Of a stretch of DNA of 64,000 nt, positions 9,740 to 19,962 are shown in pieces. The stretch lies in the NCBI GenBank assembly GCA_965222155.1, contig CBDCTH010000012.1:768001-832000 (forward strand), in the 5' to 3' direction. A model generated the notes under the pieces. It was not told the DNA's origin and did no database searches. It saw only the letters and a program-made list of their open reading frames with translations. The position numbers and the translations under genes are program-made. This DNA comes from Gammaproteobacteria bacterium (GTDB taxonomy: Bacteria > Pseudomonadota > Gammaproteobacteria > Eutrophobiales > Eutrophobiaceae). Every line of letters starts with the position of its first letter. Within the stretch, counting starts at the first letter, position 1.

Positions 9740-11398
9740 ATGATGGGTATAGGGCAGATATTCAGATTACTTACCATTCAACGCGTGTTATTGAAACACG
9801 GTTTGGATGAACTGGTCTTCACGTTGCATCTGTTCCGGTCGGTAAGATGGTTACAGCGCCTGTTGCCGTGGAACTGGTTCCGCAGGATAGAGGAACCCAG
9901 AGGTGTCAGGCTGCGCCTGGCCTTGCAGGATTTAGGTCCGATTTTTGTCAAGTTCGGTCAACAGTTATCAACCCGGCGCGATATGTTGCCGGACGACATC
10001 GCCGTGGAGTTGGCAAAGTTGCAGGACAAGGTCCCGCCGTTTCCCGGCAGTATAGCCAGGGAAATCATAGAACGGGCATTGGGCAAAAAGATCGAAGAAG
10101 TATTCCATGAATTTGATGAAATTCCGTTGGCTTCCGCGTCCGTAGCCCAGGTCCACGCCGCCTCATTCCAGGATGGCCGCGCGCTGATCGTCAAGGTCAT
10201 TCGTCCGGAGATAAACAAAGTAATACGGCGCGATCTTGACATCATCAATATTCTGGCTGAGACCCTTGAACGGTATTCCAGGGATGCGAGACGCTTGAAA
10301 CCCACGTCGGTCGTTGCGGAATTTGAGAAAACGCTGTTTGACGAGCTGGATTTAATGCGGGAAGCAGCCTCTGCATCCCAGTTACGGCGCAATTTTTCCG
10401 GCTCGGAAGTTTTGTACGTCCCCGAGATAGTCTGGGAATTGACGAACCGGGACGTGATGGTGATGGAACGCGTATCCGGAATACCCATCAGCGATGTGCC
10501 GGCCCTGGAAAAGGCGGGAGTGGACCTGAAATGGCTGGCTGAACGGGGTGTGGAGGTTTTTTTCACCCAGGTTTTCCGGGATGGTTTTTTCCATGCGGAT
10601 ATGCATCCCGGCAATATCTTTGTCCAGCCGGATAGTGCCGGGCATGCGCGCATCATGATGGTGGATTTCGGCATCATGAGTTCCCTGAGTGAATTTGATC
10701 AACGCTACCTGGCGGATAACTTTCTGGCTTTTTTACAGCGTAACTACCAGCGGGTTGCTGAATTGCATATCGAATCGGGCTGGGTCCCTCCCGGTACCAG
10801 GGTGGATGAGTTCGAGTTTGCCATTCGCACGGTCTGTGAACCGTTGTTTGACCGGCCCATCCGGGAAATCTCAATCGGTACACTGCTGCTGCGGCTGTTT
10901 CAAACGGCCCGGCGATTTAATATGGTCATACTGCCGCAACTGCTGTTGCTACAGAAAACCCTGGTCAACATCGAAGGCCTTGGTCGCCAGTTATACCCCG
11001 ACCTGGACCTTTGGGCCGCGGCCAAACCCATCATGCAACGCTGGCTGGATAGCCGTATGGGCTTCAGATCCATGCTGAAGGGCACCAGGGACAATGCCCC
11101 CTATTGGCTGAACCGGCTGCCGCAACTCCCGCATAAGCTCATGGATCTCGTCGAACGCTTGCAGGACGGCAGGCTTCAGGTGGAAGTGAAACACGGCAGC
11201 GACGAACTCCGCAGCGAAATCCGCAGGTACGGCAAAAGCAACGCCCGACTGGTTATCGGTTGCGCCCTGATACTGGCTGCGCTGGTATTCCATTTGATTG
11301 CCCCAGGCGTCTGGGTGATTAATGGTGTTCCACTATTAACGCTGTTATTAGGCGCAGCAGGCGGCTGGCTGGTCATTAAGGTATTGAGCGAACTGTAA
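9740..11398 (+). CDS. ubiB: Ubiquinone biosynthesis kinase-like protein UbiB
   Basis: LGPIFVKFGQ.LSTRRD, PLASAS.AQVH, FFHADMHPGN, DFGI. Confidence 0.96.
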   Translation: MMGIGQIFRLLTIQRVLLKHGLDELVFTLHLFRSVRWLQRLLPWNWFRRIEEPRGVRLRLALQDLGPIFVKFGQQLSTRRDMLPDDIAVELAKLQDKVPPFPGSIAREIIERALGKKIEEVFHEFDEIPLASASVAQVHAASFQDGRALIVKVIRPEINKVIRRDLDIINILAETLERYSRDARRLKPTSVVAEFEKTLFDELDLMREAASASQLRRNFSGSEVLYVPEIVWELTNRDVMVMERVSGIPISDVPALEKAGVDLKWLAERGVEVFFTQVFRDGFFHADMHPGNIFVQPDSAGHARIMMVDFGIMSSLSEFDQRYLADNFLAFLQRNYQRVAELHIESGWVPPGTRVDEFEFAIRTVCEPLFDRPIREISIGTLLLRLFQTARRFNMVILPQLLLLQKTLVNIEGLGRQLYPDLDLWAAAKPIMQRWLDSRMGFRSMLKGTRDNAPYWLNRLPQLPHKLMDLVERLQDGRLQVEVKHGSDELRSEIRRYGKSNARLVIGCALILAALVFHLIAPGVWVINGVPLLTLLLGAAGGWLVIKVLSEL

Positions 11399-11417
11399 TC
11401 GGTAGTCCCCACTAACC

Positions 11418-11519
11418 GGGTTTTGGTGGCTGTTTGTCCGTTCCGAGGGCCATCCCCCTGCTTACGGCATGCAGGGGCAGGCTCTGGCGCTAGTCACGGA
11501 CAAACAGCCACCAAAACCC
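11418..11519. repeat. 102-bp hairpin element with 24-bp inverted ends
   Basis: GGGTTTTGGTGGCTGTTTGTCCGT ... ACGGACAAACAGCCACCAAAACCC; sits between convergent genes. Confidence 0.8.
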
Positions 11520-11557
11520 TCTTCCGGTATAATCAGCAGGGGCTGCTGAACTGTAAT

Positions 11558-12064
11558 CTACTGGGACAGTTCAGACATCTCCCTGACCGCGTAGTGTCCG
11601 GTGAAATCCACGACCTGGTCATGTGCGTCGTATACCTTGGTGGTCAGGGTGATTTTAGCTTTTTTACCGTTTGCAAGAGTGGTAAAGAACTCTCCGATAT
11701 CGTCCTGTTGCAGGGCATTGCAAAGCGCGTAAAAATCTCCTGTCGCCGGTTTGCTGTAGTTTATTTCTCCTTTATAGACGGCGATGTCGGCGTTGATCCC
11801 GTGTTCTACCAGTTTCAGGAACAGCAGGCTCCAGCCGCACAGAACGGCAATGGTATAGGAACTGCCGGCGAAAATCGTCTGCTTGTCATTCAGGTTGGAT
11901 GCGCCCGGTGCGCTCAGCCTCAGTTGCGCACCATCATAGCTGACGGCCTTTATACCCATGGCCCGGGTTATTGGGACAGATTGCTCCAGCGTGTAATTAA
12001 GCTGTTCAAGCAGCTCGAATTCAGGTTTTAAAAGAGGTTTATCTGCCGGCGGTATCATCCCCAT
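11558..12064 (-). CDS. YiiD C-terminal-like hotdog-fold thioesterase
   Basis: P.TRAMGI, AP...NLNDKQTIFAGS.Y......CGW, I.Y.KP. Confidence 0.85.
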   Translation of the reverse strand: MGMIPPADKPLLKPEFELLEQLNYTLEQSVPITRAMGIKAVSYDGAQLRLSAPGASNLNDKQTIFAGSSYTIAVLCGWSLLFLKLVEHGINADIAVYKGEINYSKPATGDFYALCNALQQDDIGEFFTTLANGKKAKITLTTKVYDAHDQVVDFTGHYAVREMSELSQ

Positions 12065-12073
12065 GTCTCTCTG

Positions 12074-12235
12074 TCGTCATTCCGGCGAATGCCGGAATCC
12101 AGTCGACAGGTTATTCCATAATACGGAATTTTGCTTACTGGATTCCGGCATTCGCCGGAATGACGATTCATATTTGTTGATTGGATTCCGGCATTCGCCG
12201 GAATGACGGTTCATATTTGTTGATTGGCTTCCGGC
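12074..12235. repeat. Family C REP cluster (GTCATTCCGGC-N4-GCCGGAAT) with a 43-bp tandem duplication
   Basis: Inverted pair plus direct repeats starting at 12139, 12182 and a partial at 12225. Confidence 0.85.
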
Positions 12236-12244
12236 GCTAAGCCT

Positions 12245-13558
12245 TCACTCCGGCCCGGCCGTCAATATCTGCAGGCTTTTCAGCACGTTAAGGGCTTGCT
12301 GCAGGGTATAGTCATCCAATAACCGCGCCTTGATCTGTGCTGCCGTATCTTCATCACCATTCGTTGTTTCCTGCTGAGTATCATCTTGCGTATTGTTATC
12401 CAGGTGCCTGTTCAGGTTTTCCTCCGTTATTATGTGTGTGTCTTCATCTTCCAGGGATTCTACCTTGACCCGGGCTATGACGACGTCGGGTTCTATTCCC
12501 GAAACCTGGATGGAACGGCCTGAAGGCGTGAAATAGCGCGCAGTTGTCAATTTCAGCGCGGCAGCATTTGATATGGGCAATACCGTTTGGACGGAACCCT
12601 TGCCGAAGGTCTTCTGCCCCATGATGACTCCGCGCTTGTGATCCTGGAGGGCGCCTGCCACGATTTCCGAGGCGGAAGCGGAACCGGCGTTTACCAGGAC
12701 CACAATAGGTGTATTTTCCAGAATGTCTGCCGGCTTTGCGTTGAATTTTAATCTTGAATCATCAATGCGGCCTTCCGTGTATACAATCAGGCCCTTGTCC
12801 AGGAACAGGTCGGAAATGCCGACAGCAGCGCTGAGAATGCCGCCGGGATTGTTCCTGAGGTCCAGGATAAGCCCATTCAGGTTGCCGTTATTGTCTTGCT
12901 TCAATTGTTGCACACCGGCTCTTGCGTCCTCCGCCGTGCGGGATTGAAAGTGTGAGATGCGCAAGTATCCAAAACCCGGTTCCAGGGTTTGTGTTCTGAC
13001 ACTTTTCACTTTTATCACATCCCTGGTAATGGTAATTTTCAGCGGTTTTTCCTCGCCTTCCCTGATAATTGTCAGGGTGATATCGGTGCCGGGTTTTCCC
13101 CGCATACGCGCAACTGCATCATTTAATGACAGCCCTTTTACCGGCGTCTCATCCAGGCGAATGACCAGGTCACCGGATTGCAGCCCTGCTTTTTGGGCAG
13201 GCGTATCATCAATAGGTGAGATGACTTTAATAAATCCATCTTCCATGCTCACTTCAATACCCAGGCCGCCAAATTCTCCCGATGTTCCTTCCTGCAAATC
13301 CAAGTAGGCATCTTCGTCAAGATAAGATGAATGGGGATCCAGACCTTCCAGCATTCCCTTAATTGCGTGTTCCAGGAGAACGCCGTCCTCCACATCTTCC
13401 ACGTAGTCTTTTTTTATCTTGGCGAATACCTCTGCAAAAGTCCTGATCTGATCTACAGGTAATTCCCCGGTTTCAGGTCCTGGGACTTGTTCGGCATGGA
13501 CGTACTGGCCGGTGAAAAGTAAGGCGATGATGACTGCTTTTACAGAGTTTATATTCAT
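12245..13558 (-). CDS. ctpA: S41 carboxy-terminal processing protease
   Basis: LDPHSSYL, FGGLGIEV (PDZ), LDLRNNPGG, SASASEIVAGALQD, FGKGSVQ. Confidence 0.93.
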   Translation of the reverse strand: MNINSVKAVIIALLFTGQYVHAEQVPGPETGELPVDQIRTFAEVFAKIKKDYVEDVEDGVLLEHAIKGMLEGLDPHSSYLDEDAYLDLQEGTSGEFGGLGIEVSMEDGFIKVISPIDDTPAQKAGLQSGDLVIRLDETPVKGLSLNDAVARMRGKPGTDITLTIIREGEEKPLKITITRDVIKVKSVRTQTLEPGFGYLRISHFQSRTAEDARAGVQQLKQDNNGNLNGLILDLRNNPGGILSAAVGISDLFLDKGLIVYTEGRIDDSRLKFNAKPADILENTPIVVLVNAGSASASEIVAGALQDHKRGVIMGQKTFGKGSVQTVLPISNAAALKLTTARYFTPSGRSIQVSGIEPDVVIARVKVESLEDEDTHIITEENLNRHLDNNTQDDTQQETTNGDEDTAAQIKARLLDDYTLQQALNVLKSLQILTAGPE

Positions 13559-13574
13559 ATTGTTCGCTTATATA

Positions 13575-14732
13575 TTAGCCCCTACACCACAAAGAGGGAT
13601 TCAGCGGGCTCCCCTCCCGCCTGATCTCAAAATAAAGGCCGGGATATTTCTGGCCTCCGGTATCTCCGGTTCTTGCAATGGGATTATTCTTGCCGACCCG
13701 GTCCCCCGTTTTCTTCAGTAAAACTTCATTATATCCGTATAAACTCATAAAACCGTCACCATGGTCCAGGATTAACAGCAAACCCAGATTTCTGAACCAG
13801 TCCGCGTAGACAACCGTACCTGAACTGACTGCATGCACTTCGGTTCCGGCTGCAGAGGTAAAGGTGATCCCTTGTGATTTCAGTTTTCCGCCTTTTCTGA
13901 ATTCTCCATAACGACTTGTTATTTTACCACGTACCGGCCATCTTAATTTTCCCTTCAGGCTGGCAAATGGTGGTTCGTCTTTATATATATCCTCACTGGG
14001 CTTCAGGTTACTGAGTAATGCTGCCAGTTCCCGTTCCGTTTTCACCAGGAGCTGTAATTGCCTGTCCTGGTCGTCGATGAAGCGCCTTGATCCGGCAAGC
14101 AATTTCTCCCGGTCCTTACGGTATGCGTCTAATTCTGCGAGTTTCCCTTTCTTGCCCGCTCGCAGGGAAATCAATTCCTCCGTATCACCATTTATTTTTT
14201 CCTGCAATGCCTGCTGTCGTTCCTGCGCAAGCATGATTGCATCTATCCTTTTTGCCCTGGCCCGGTTGTAATAGTCATGGTAGGCCAGGACTCTGCCGAA
14301 CAGTGGCGGATCTTCCTGGTTAAGGAGCAACTTGATGTAATCATTCCTGCCGGTCCGGTACATGGCGCGCACTTGTTCGGACAACAGGTTTTTTTCCTGC
14401 CACAGGTTTTCACCAAGTTGCTTAAGTTCCTTGTTCAGCGCTTCCAACCTGGCCTGTCTGGTGCTGATTGCAGAGTTGATCTGCCTGACAGACATGGTTA
14501 TTTCAGCGGCAGCGATTTCGTACTTCTGCAGCTCTGCCAGCATTTTTTCAAGCTCGTTTTCTGCTGACTTGATCCTGGATTGAACAGTCTTGATCTGCGA
14601 CTTAACAGACTCGATTTCGTTTTCCGTAGCAGTAGTGTCGGCTGCCCGGCATAAAGGTGCGAGTATCAGGCAGAGTGCGATAAAAAACCATACTGGTATG
14701 GATAATCTTGTCAGGGCTTGCACAGTCAACAC
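13575..14732 (-). CDS. envC: Murein hydrolase activator EnvC (coiled coil plus degenerate M23 domain)
   Basis: Signal peptide, coiled coil, LLLNQEDP, KGKLRWPV, LYFEIR; between gpmI and ctpA. Confidence 0.88.
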   Translation of the reverse strand: MLTVQALTRLSIPVWFFIALCLILAPLCRAADTTATENEIESVKSQIKTVQSRIKSAENELEKMLAELQKYEIAAAEITMSVRQINSAISTRQARLEALNKELKQLGENLWQEKNLLSEQVRAMYRTGRNDYIKLLLNQEDPPLFGRVLAYHDYYNRARAKRIDAIMLAQERQQALQEKINGDTEELISLRAGKKGKLAELDAYRKDREKLLAGSRRFIDDQDRQLQLLVKTERELAALLSNLKPSEDIYKDEPPFASLKGKLRWPVRGKITSRYGEFRKGGKLKSQGITFTSAAGTEVHAVSSGTVVYADWFRNLGLLLILDHGDGFMSLYGYNEVLLKKTGDRVGKNNPIARTGDTGGQKYPGLYFEIRREGSPLNPSLWCRG

Positions 14733-16318
14733 AGTCTGAACAGGGCATTGCCGGTCATTTCTTCCGGTTTTTCCATACCCATGATATGCAACATTGTCGG
14801 GACAACGTCACACAACGCCGCGGTGGTGCTGGGCGCCACTTCGGCGGGACGGCCAACATAGATCAGTGGTACCGGGTTGCCGGTATGAGCCGTATGTGCG
14901 TGTTCCCTGACTTTTTCCGTGATGAATGAACGCATTTGCTCAGCGTTGCCGTGGTCGGACGTTATCAGTATTTCTCCGCCGACGCGCCGGGTCTGGTCGA
15001 CAATTTTTCCGATACATGAATCAATGGTTTCAACGGCTTTGACTGCCGCAGCGAAGTTTCCTGTATGGCCTACCATATCTGCATTGGCAAAATTGCAGAT
15101 GATTACATCGTATTTTTGTGCGGAAATCACTGCCAGCAGGTGGTCCGTGACTTCAACTGCACTCATCTCCGGACACAGGTCATAGGTTGCCACATGGGGA
15201 GACGGTACCAGTATCCGGTCCTCGTCCTTAAATAGCTGCTCCTCGCCGCCGTTGAAGAAAAAAGTAACGTGGGCGTATTTTTCCGTTTCCGCTATGCGTA
15301 ATTGCTTCATACCTGAGTTTGCCAGGTATTCACCCAGCACATTTTTTATATGGGCAGGCGGGAACAGAACCGGAAAATCAAAGTCCGCCTTGTATTCGGT
15401 CATACTGATGAACGCAGTCAAATCAACAGGTTTTCCACGAGGAAAACCATTAAAATCAGCCACTGTGAACGCCTCGGCCAACTGCCTCGCCCGGTCTGCC
15501 CGATAGTTGCTGAAAATAACCATGTCGCCCTGCTCGACCCGGGCAGCCGTACCGTCACGCTGTACAATAGCGGTGGGTTTCACGAATTCGTCCGTTTCAC
15601 CGCGGGCATACGCCATGTCCACGGCGATAAATGCGTCAACCGACTGGAATTCAGCCTCGGCGTCAGTGATCAGGTTGTACGCGAGTTGAGTCCTGTCCCA
15701 ATGATTATTGCGGTCCATAGCGTAATAACGGCCTATTATGCCGGCAAAGCGGCCTTTGCCAAGTTCCAGCATCTTCAAATATGCTTCATCCAGATACTCT
15801 TCAGCGCTCTTTGGCGGCGTATCTCTGCCGTCAAGGAAGGCGTGCAGGTAGATTTCCCTAACGTCGTAAGCAGCAGCAAATTCCAACAGGGCAAATATAT
15901 GTTCCTGGTGATTATGTACCCCTCCCGGGGACAACAGTCCCATTATATGGACTGCGCGGCGTTTCTCTGCGGTCGTAGCCAGCGCGTCTTTCAATACCTG
16001 GTTGTGGAAGAATGACCTGTTTTCTACCGCCTTCATGATACGGGTGAATTCCTGATCGACTATTCGCCCCGAACCGATATTCATGTGGCCTGTTTCCGAG
16101 TTGCCCATTTGGCTGGCAGGCAGGCCCACATCCATTCCGGACGCGTTTAACAGGGTATGCGGATAGTTGTCCCACAAGTAGTCCCAGGCAGGTTTTCTGG
16201 CGCTGTGAATCGCATTGTAGGCGGTATTCTCCGAATAGCCCCAGCCATCAAGAATAATCAGCACCATTGGACGATGAGATGTGTGCATAGTTGCCGGAGA
16301 TTCAGTTTTGGATATCAA
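14726..16318 (-). CDS. gpmI: 2,3-bisphosphoglycerate-independent phosphoglycerate mutase
   Basis: LIILDGWG, QMGNSE.GH, AETEKYAHVTFFFNGG, DMVGHTG, DHGNAE. True start may be 16288. Confidence 0.97.
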   Translation of the reverse strand: MISKTESPATMHTSHRPMVLIILDGWGYSENTAYNAIHSARKPAWDYLWDNYPHTLLNASGMDVGLPASQMGNSETGHMNIGSGRIVDQEFTRIMKAVENRSFFHNQVLKDALATTAEKRRAVHIMGLLSPGGVHNHQEHIFALLEFAAAYDVREIYLHAFLDGRDTPPKSAEEYLDEAYLKMLELGKGRFAGIIGRYYAMDRNNHWDRTQLAYNLITDAEAEFQSVDAFIAVDMAYARGETDEFVKPTAIVQRDGTAARVEQGDMVIFSNYRADRARQLAEAFTVADFNGFPRGKPVDLTAFISMTEYKADFDFPVLFPPAHIKNVLGEYLANSGMKQLRIAETEKYAHVTFFFNGGEEQLFKDEDRILVPSPHVATYDLCPEMSAVEVTDHLLAVISAQKYDVIICNFANADMVGHTGNFAAAVKAVETIDSCIGKIVDQTRRVGGEILITSDHGNAEQMRSFITEKVREHAHTAHTGNPVPLIYVGRPAEVAPSTTAALCDVVPTMLHIMGMEKPEEMTGNALFRLC

Positions 16319-16379
16319 CCAACAGGAAAAAACTGCATTTTACCAGAAACAGATAACGAGAAAACAGGACAAATTTTTG

Positions 16380-16756
16380 GCCACAGAGAACACAGAGCTA
16401 TGGTAGCCCGGATTTCTCACCAGGTCGCTTGTTGCTATCGGGAACATATTTACCGTCAATAAGTTATAGTAATCTTCTGACTATTTCGTCATGACAGACT
16501 GCGCTTGATGCGCCCTCGCTTGTCTTTTTGCCGCCAGCGGGCACGTGCTCCCTCAACCGTAGCTATGGCTATGCTTTCGGTCGCAGGCACCCGCTGGCGG
16601 CAAAAATCCGGCGCGATCATCGCATCACCTGGTGAGAAATCCGGGCTAGCTTTACTTCATCGCATGTTTACACAGGCATTTCAAGACCCGCTGTGGATAT
16701 ACTCTTGTTTCCCCTATCGCATCTTTAAACTTGCATCACTCTGTGTCCTCTGTGGC
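16380..16756. repeat. CACAGAG repeat pair (family E) enclosing a MITE
   Basis: GCCACAGAGAACACAGAG ... CTCTGTGTCCTCTGTGGC. Confidence 0.7.
16404..16648. mobile_element. 245-bp MITE-like element (family M)
   Basis: 22-bp TIR TAGCCCGGATTTCTCACCAGGT ... ACCTGGTGAGAAATCCGGGCTA. About 70 nt at one end closely matches the 32184..32589 element. Confidence 0.85.
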
Positions 16757-16826
16757 AAAAAAATAAATCTGCCCCCTGTTTTCTGTATAATTCACTGCTA
16801 CCTGATACCTGTTGCCTATTAGTTGA

Positions 16827-17252
16827 ATGGAACGATTACCTGAATTCATTGCCAATCACCTGGGGTTGGCGTCTTTGTTTGTTGCTATCCTGGCCTTGCT
16901 GTTATGGAATATCTTCGGCTCTTCGTTGTCCGGTCTTTCCCGGATCGGGCCTGCGGAAGTCACACGTTTGCTCAACCATGAAAAAGCGCTGTTGCTCGAT
17001 TTGCGCACGGCTGGCGATTTCTCTTCGGGGCATATCCTGAGTGCGCGCAGCATCCCTGCTGCGGAGTTGGAGGACAGGCATAAAGAACTGCAAAAGCACA
17101 AAACGAATCCCGTAATTTTATGTTGCAGTCGCGACTCGGACGGTATAAAGGCGGGCCGCATCCTGAAGATTGCCGGATATGAGAAGATTTATTCATTAAA
17201 AGGTGGATTTGAATCCTGGCGTAGCGCAAGCTTACCGATCACCCGCGAATAG
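16827..17252 (+). CDS. Membrane-anchored rhodanese-domain protein (YibN-like)
   Basis: EFIANH, TM helix, LDLR...FSSGHI, LKGG...W; upstream of secB. Confidence 0.9.
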   Translation: MERLPEFIANHLGLASLFVAILALLLWNIFGSSLSGLSRIGPAEVTRLLNHEKALLLDLRTAGDFSSGHILSARSIPAAELEDRHKELQKHKTNPVILCCSRDSDGIKAGRILKIAGYEKIYSLKGGFESWRSASLPITRE

Positions 17253-17290
17253 ATATTTGACCCCAAATATCCGGGTTAAGGAGAAAACTG

Positions 17291-17779
17291 ATGGCAGACG
17301 AGCAGGAAAACAATCAGCCGGCAACTACAGGTTCGAACCTGCGCGGGCAGTTTGAAATTCAAAAGGTTTACGTGAAGAACATCTCGCTGGAGACTCCCAA
17401 CTCTCCGCAGATATTCCGGGAACAGTTGAAACCGTCCGTTCACATGGATATTGCCAACTCGGCAGATGAACTGGGTGATAACCTGTATGAAGTGACCCTG
17501 TCCGTCACGGCGACGGTAAGTCATGGAGACAAGACGGTGTACCTGGTAGAGGTGCAGCAGGCCGGCATTTTTCTCATGGCCGATTTCCCCAGGGAGATCA
17601 TCGGTCGTATGGTGGCGACTGTGTGTCCGAATATCCTGTTTCCGTTTGTCCGTGAAATAGTGTCCGACCTGGTCATTCGGGCAGGCTTTCCCCAACTGTT
17701 GCTGGCGCCGGTAAATTTTGACGCCTTGTATGCGCAGCACCAGCAGAAAGTGGCTGCCGAGAAAAAAATACAGCATTGA
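17291..17779 (+). CDS. secB: Protein-export chaperone SecB
   Basis: IQKVYVKNISLETPNSP, EVQQAGIF, CPNILFPF, APVNFDALY. Confidence 0.97.
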   Translation: MADEQENNQPATTGSNLRGQFEIQKVYVKNISLETPNSPQIFREQLKPSVHMDIANSADELGDNLYEVTLSVTATVSHGDKTVYLVEVQQAGIFLMADFPREIIGRMVATVCPNILFPFVREIVSDLVIRAGFPQLLLAPVNFDALYAQHQQKVAAEKKIQH

Positions 17780-17831
17780 GCGAAGCCTGTATATCGTACC
17801 AATGGATGCGATGACTAATCGTATTGTTAAA

Positions 17832-17856
17832 GGGGACGGAATTCAATTCCGTCCCC
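17832..17856. repeat. REP-like palindrome, family B
   Basis: GGGGACGGAATTCAATTCCGTCCCC; also at 22404, 23719, 25189, with variants at 5549 and 49046. Confidence 0.85.
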
Positions 17857-17902
17857 GTGCTGCAATAAAATAATTTCCATTGATGACAGGCGACGGTGCG
17901 AT

Positions 17903-18904
17903 ATGCAGGCTAAATCGGTAATGGTTGTCGGCGCCGGGTCGTGGGGAACCGCACTGGCTTTGGTACTGGCGCGTAACGGGCATCGGACTTACCTGTGGGA
18001 CTGCCTGGCTTCACACGTGAAAAAGCTGAAAGCGGAAAGGTGTAACAATCACCATCTTCCCGGCCATTCTTTTCCTGACCCCTTGACAATCCTCCGCCGG
18101 TTTACGCCGTTGCCTGTGGGGGTAGGGCATATATTGATCGTGGCGCCGTGCGCCGGATTGATAGACGTATTGGCGGAGTTGCAATCCCTGCCTGAGAGGA
18201 ATTTCAAAATCTGCCTGGCCTGCAAGGGCATCGAGCCGAACACCTTGACATTGAACCATGTGCTGGTGGAGAAATACCTGCCCGGGGTGCCCGTCGCGGT
18301 GTTATCCGGCCCGTCATTCGCGCGGGAAGTGGCGCAAGGCTTGCCGACTGCGGTGACCATCGCCGCACAGAATTCGTCTGTTGCAACTGAATTTTCCACA
18401 TTGTTCCATTGTGAGGTATTCAGGACCTATACCCACGACGATATTATCGGTGTGCAAGTCGGTGGCGCGGTGAAGAACGTCATGGCAATTGCCGCCGGCA
18501 TTGCCGATGGCCTGCACTACGGCGCCAATACCCGGGCTGCGTTGATAGCCAGAGGACTGGCTGAGATCATGCGCCTGGGCCAGGCTATGGGCGCCAGGGT
18601 TGAGACCTTCATGGGTCTTGCCGGCCTGGGCGACCTGGCGCTGACCTGTACCGATGATCAATCCAGGAACAGACGGTTTGGCCTGGCCCTGGCCCAGGGC
18701 AAGACTCCGGAACAGGCAAAGGCGGATATCGGTCAGGCCGTTGAAGGGTTGCATACCGCCCGGGTCGTATGTGCACTGGCCGAGAAATACGCGGTGGATA
18801 TGCCCATCAGCAGACAGGTTCAGAACGTCATAGACGGTAAAGTTACCCCGCGCGAGGCTGTGCATGAATTACTTGTCCGGGAACCGAAGTCTGAGACGGG
18901 ATGA
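17903..18904 (+). CDS. gpsA: NAD(P)H-dependent glycerol-3-phosphate dehydrogenase
   Basis: VGAGSWGTALA, SGPSFA.EV, GAVKNV.AIA, GDL.LTCTDDQSRN. Confidence 0.97.
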   Translation: MQAKSVMVVGAGSWGTALALVLARNGHRTYLWDCLASHVKKLKAERCNNHHLPGHSFPDPLTILRRFTPLPVGVGHILIVAPCAGLIDVLAELQSLPERNFKICLACKGIEPNTLTLNHVLVEKYLPGVPVAVLSGPSFAREVAQGLPTAVTIAAQNSSVATEFSTLFHCEVFRTYTHDDIIGVQVGGAVKNVMAIAAGIADGLHYGANTRAALIARGLAEIMRLGQAMGARVETFMGLAGLGDLALTCTDDQSRNRRFGLALAQGKTPEQAKADIGQAVEGLHTARVVCALAEKYAVDMPISRQVQNVIDGKVTPREAVHELLVREPKSETG

Positions 18905-18910
18905 ACATTT

Positions 18911-19123
18911 TTAACATGGATGTACAGGATATACAGGATAATAAAAATCATATTAGTAAAGAGAGCTGATTTCTTTCTAAGCAGGGGCTGGAACCCATCA
19001 TTCCCGCCATTCCCGCGCAATCGGGAATCTGTTTTTGGATTAGATAGATACTGATTTATTTTTTCGGCAGCAGTCTGAAAGAAGAAAGTAAATCTCTTCT
19101 TGTATCCTGTACATCCATGTTAA
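18911..19123. repeat. CAGGAT repeat pair (family F) with a nested family C-like hairpin
   Basis: TTAACATGGATGTACAGGATATACAGGAT ... TATCCTGTACATCCATGTTAA; inner CATTCCCGCGCAATCGGGAATC. Confidence 0.75.
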
Positions 19124-19941
19124 TTCCCTGCTTTTTTCGCTGGACGTTGCAATAATTCAACGGCGATCAGCAGGAGGACAGCAATCAGGATCAGGAAGGT
19201 CGCAGCGGCCAGGATGGCCGGACTGATCTCTTCGCGTATGCCGGACCACATCTCACGCGGGATGGTACGCTGCTCAATTCCACCCATGAACAGCACGATC
19301 ACCACTTCGTCGAGTGACGCGGCAAAAGCAAACAAGGCGCCGGAAATGACGCCCGGGCTGATGATTGGTAACTGGACCCTGAAGAAGCTGTACGCCGGCC
19401 CGGCGCCGAGACTGGCTGCCGCCAGCAGGAGTTCGCGGTTGAAACCGGCCATGGACGCGGTCACCGTGATCACGACAAAAGGCGCGCCCAGGACCGCGTG
19501 AGACAGGATCAGTGCGGTGTAGGTTTGGGTCAGGTTCAGGCTGGAATAGAAGAAGAACATGCCGGCGGCAGTGATGACTATGGGCACGATGAGAGGGGAA
19601 ATCAGCAGCGCAGTCAGGGGGCGGCGCCAGGGCAGCGCCGGGCTGGACAGGCCCAGAGCAGCTAACGTACCCAGGATCGTCGCCAGGACAGCTGCTGAAA
19701 AACCGATAATGACCGTATTCAGCGCGGCGCTTTGCCATTGCTCACCGAAAATAACCTGTTTATACCAGCGCAGGGAATAAGCATCCGGGTTTAATTCCAG
19801 CATGCCCCTGGTGAAAGTAAAGTAAGGTTCTGCGTTAAAGGACAGGGGGATAATGACCAGGATCGGCGCGATCAGGAACAGGAACGCCAAGCCGCAGAAT
19901 ATACGCAGCGCCCAGTGTCCCGGATTAAACCGCATTCTCAC
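19120..19941 (-). CDS. ABC transporter permease (PotC-like)
   Basis: Six TM segments, YSLRWY, EAA-like loop LAAASLGA. Confidence 0.9.
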   Translation of the reverse strand: MRMRFNPGHWALRIFCGLAFLFLIAPILVIIPLSFNAEPYFTFTRGMLELNPDAYSLRWYKQVIFGEQWQSAALNTVIIGFSAAVLATILGTLAALGLSSPALPWRRPLTALLISPLIVPIVITAAGMFFFYSSLNLTQTYTALILSHAVLGAPFVVITVTASMAGFNRELLLAAASLGAGPAYSFFRVQLPIISPGVISGALFAFAASLDEVVIVLFMGGIEQRTIPREMWSGIREEISPAILAAATFLILIAVLLLIAVELLQRPAKKAGN

Positions 19942-19962
19942 CGTTTCTCCCGGTATGCCGGA

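Noticed and set aside
11423-12031. 202-aa plus-strand ORF
   Set aside because: Starts inside a repeat and is antisense to the YiiD-like gene; shadow ORF.
12139-12235. Possible CRISPR array
   Set aside because: Only about 2.3 units, the spacers are identical, the repeat is a dispersed REP family, and no cas genes are present.
16505-16822. 105-aa ORF sharing a peptide with the NtrY N-terminus
   Set aside because: The shared peptide is simply translation of the family M MITE end.
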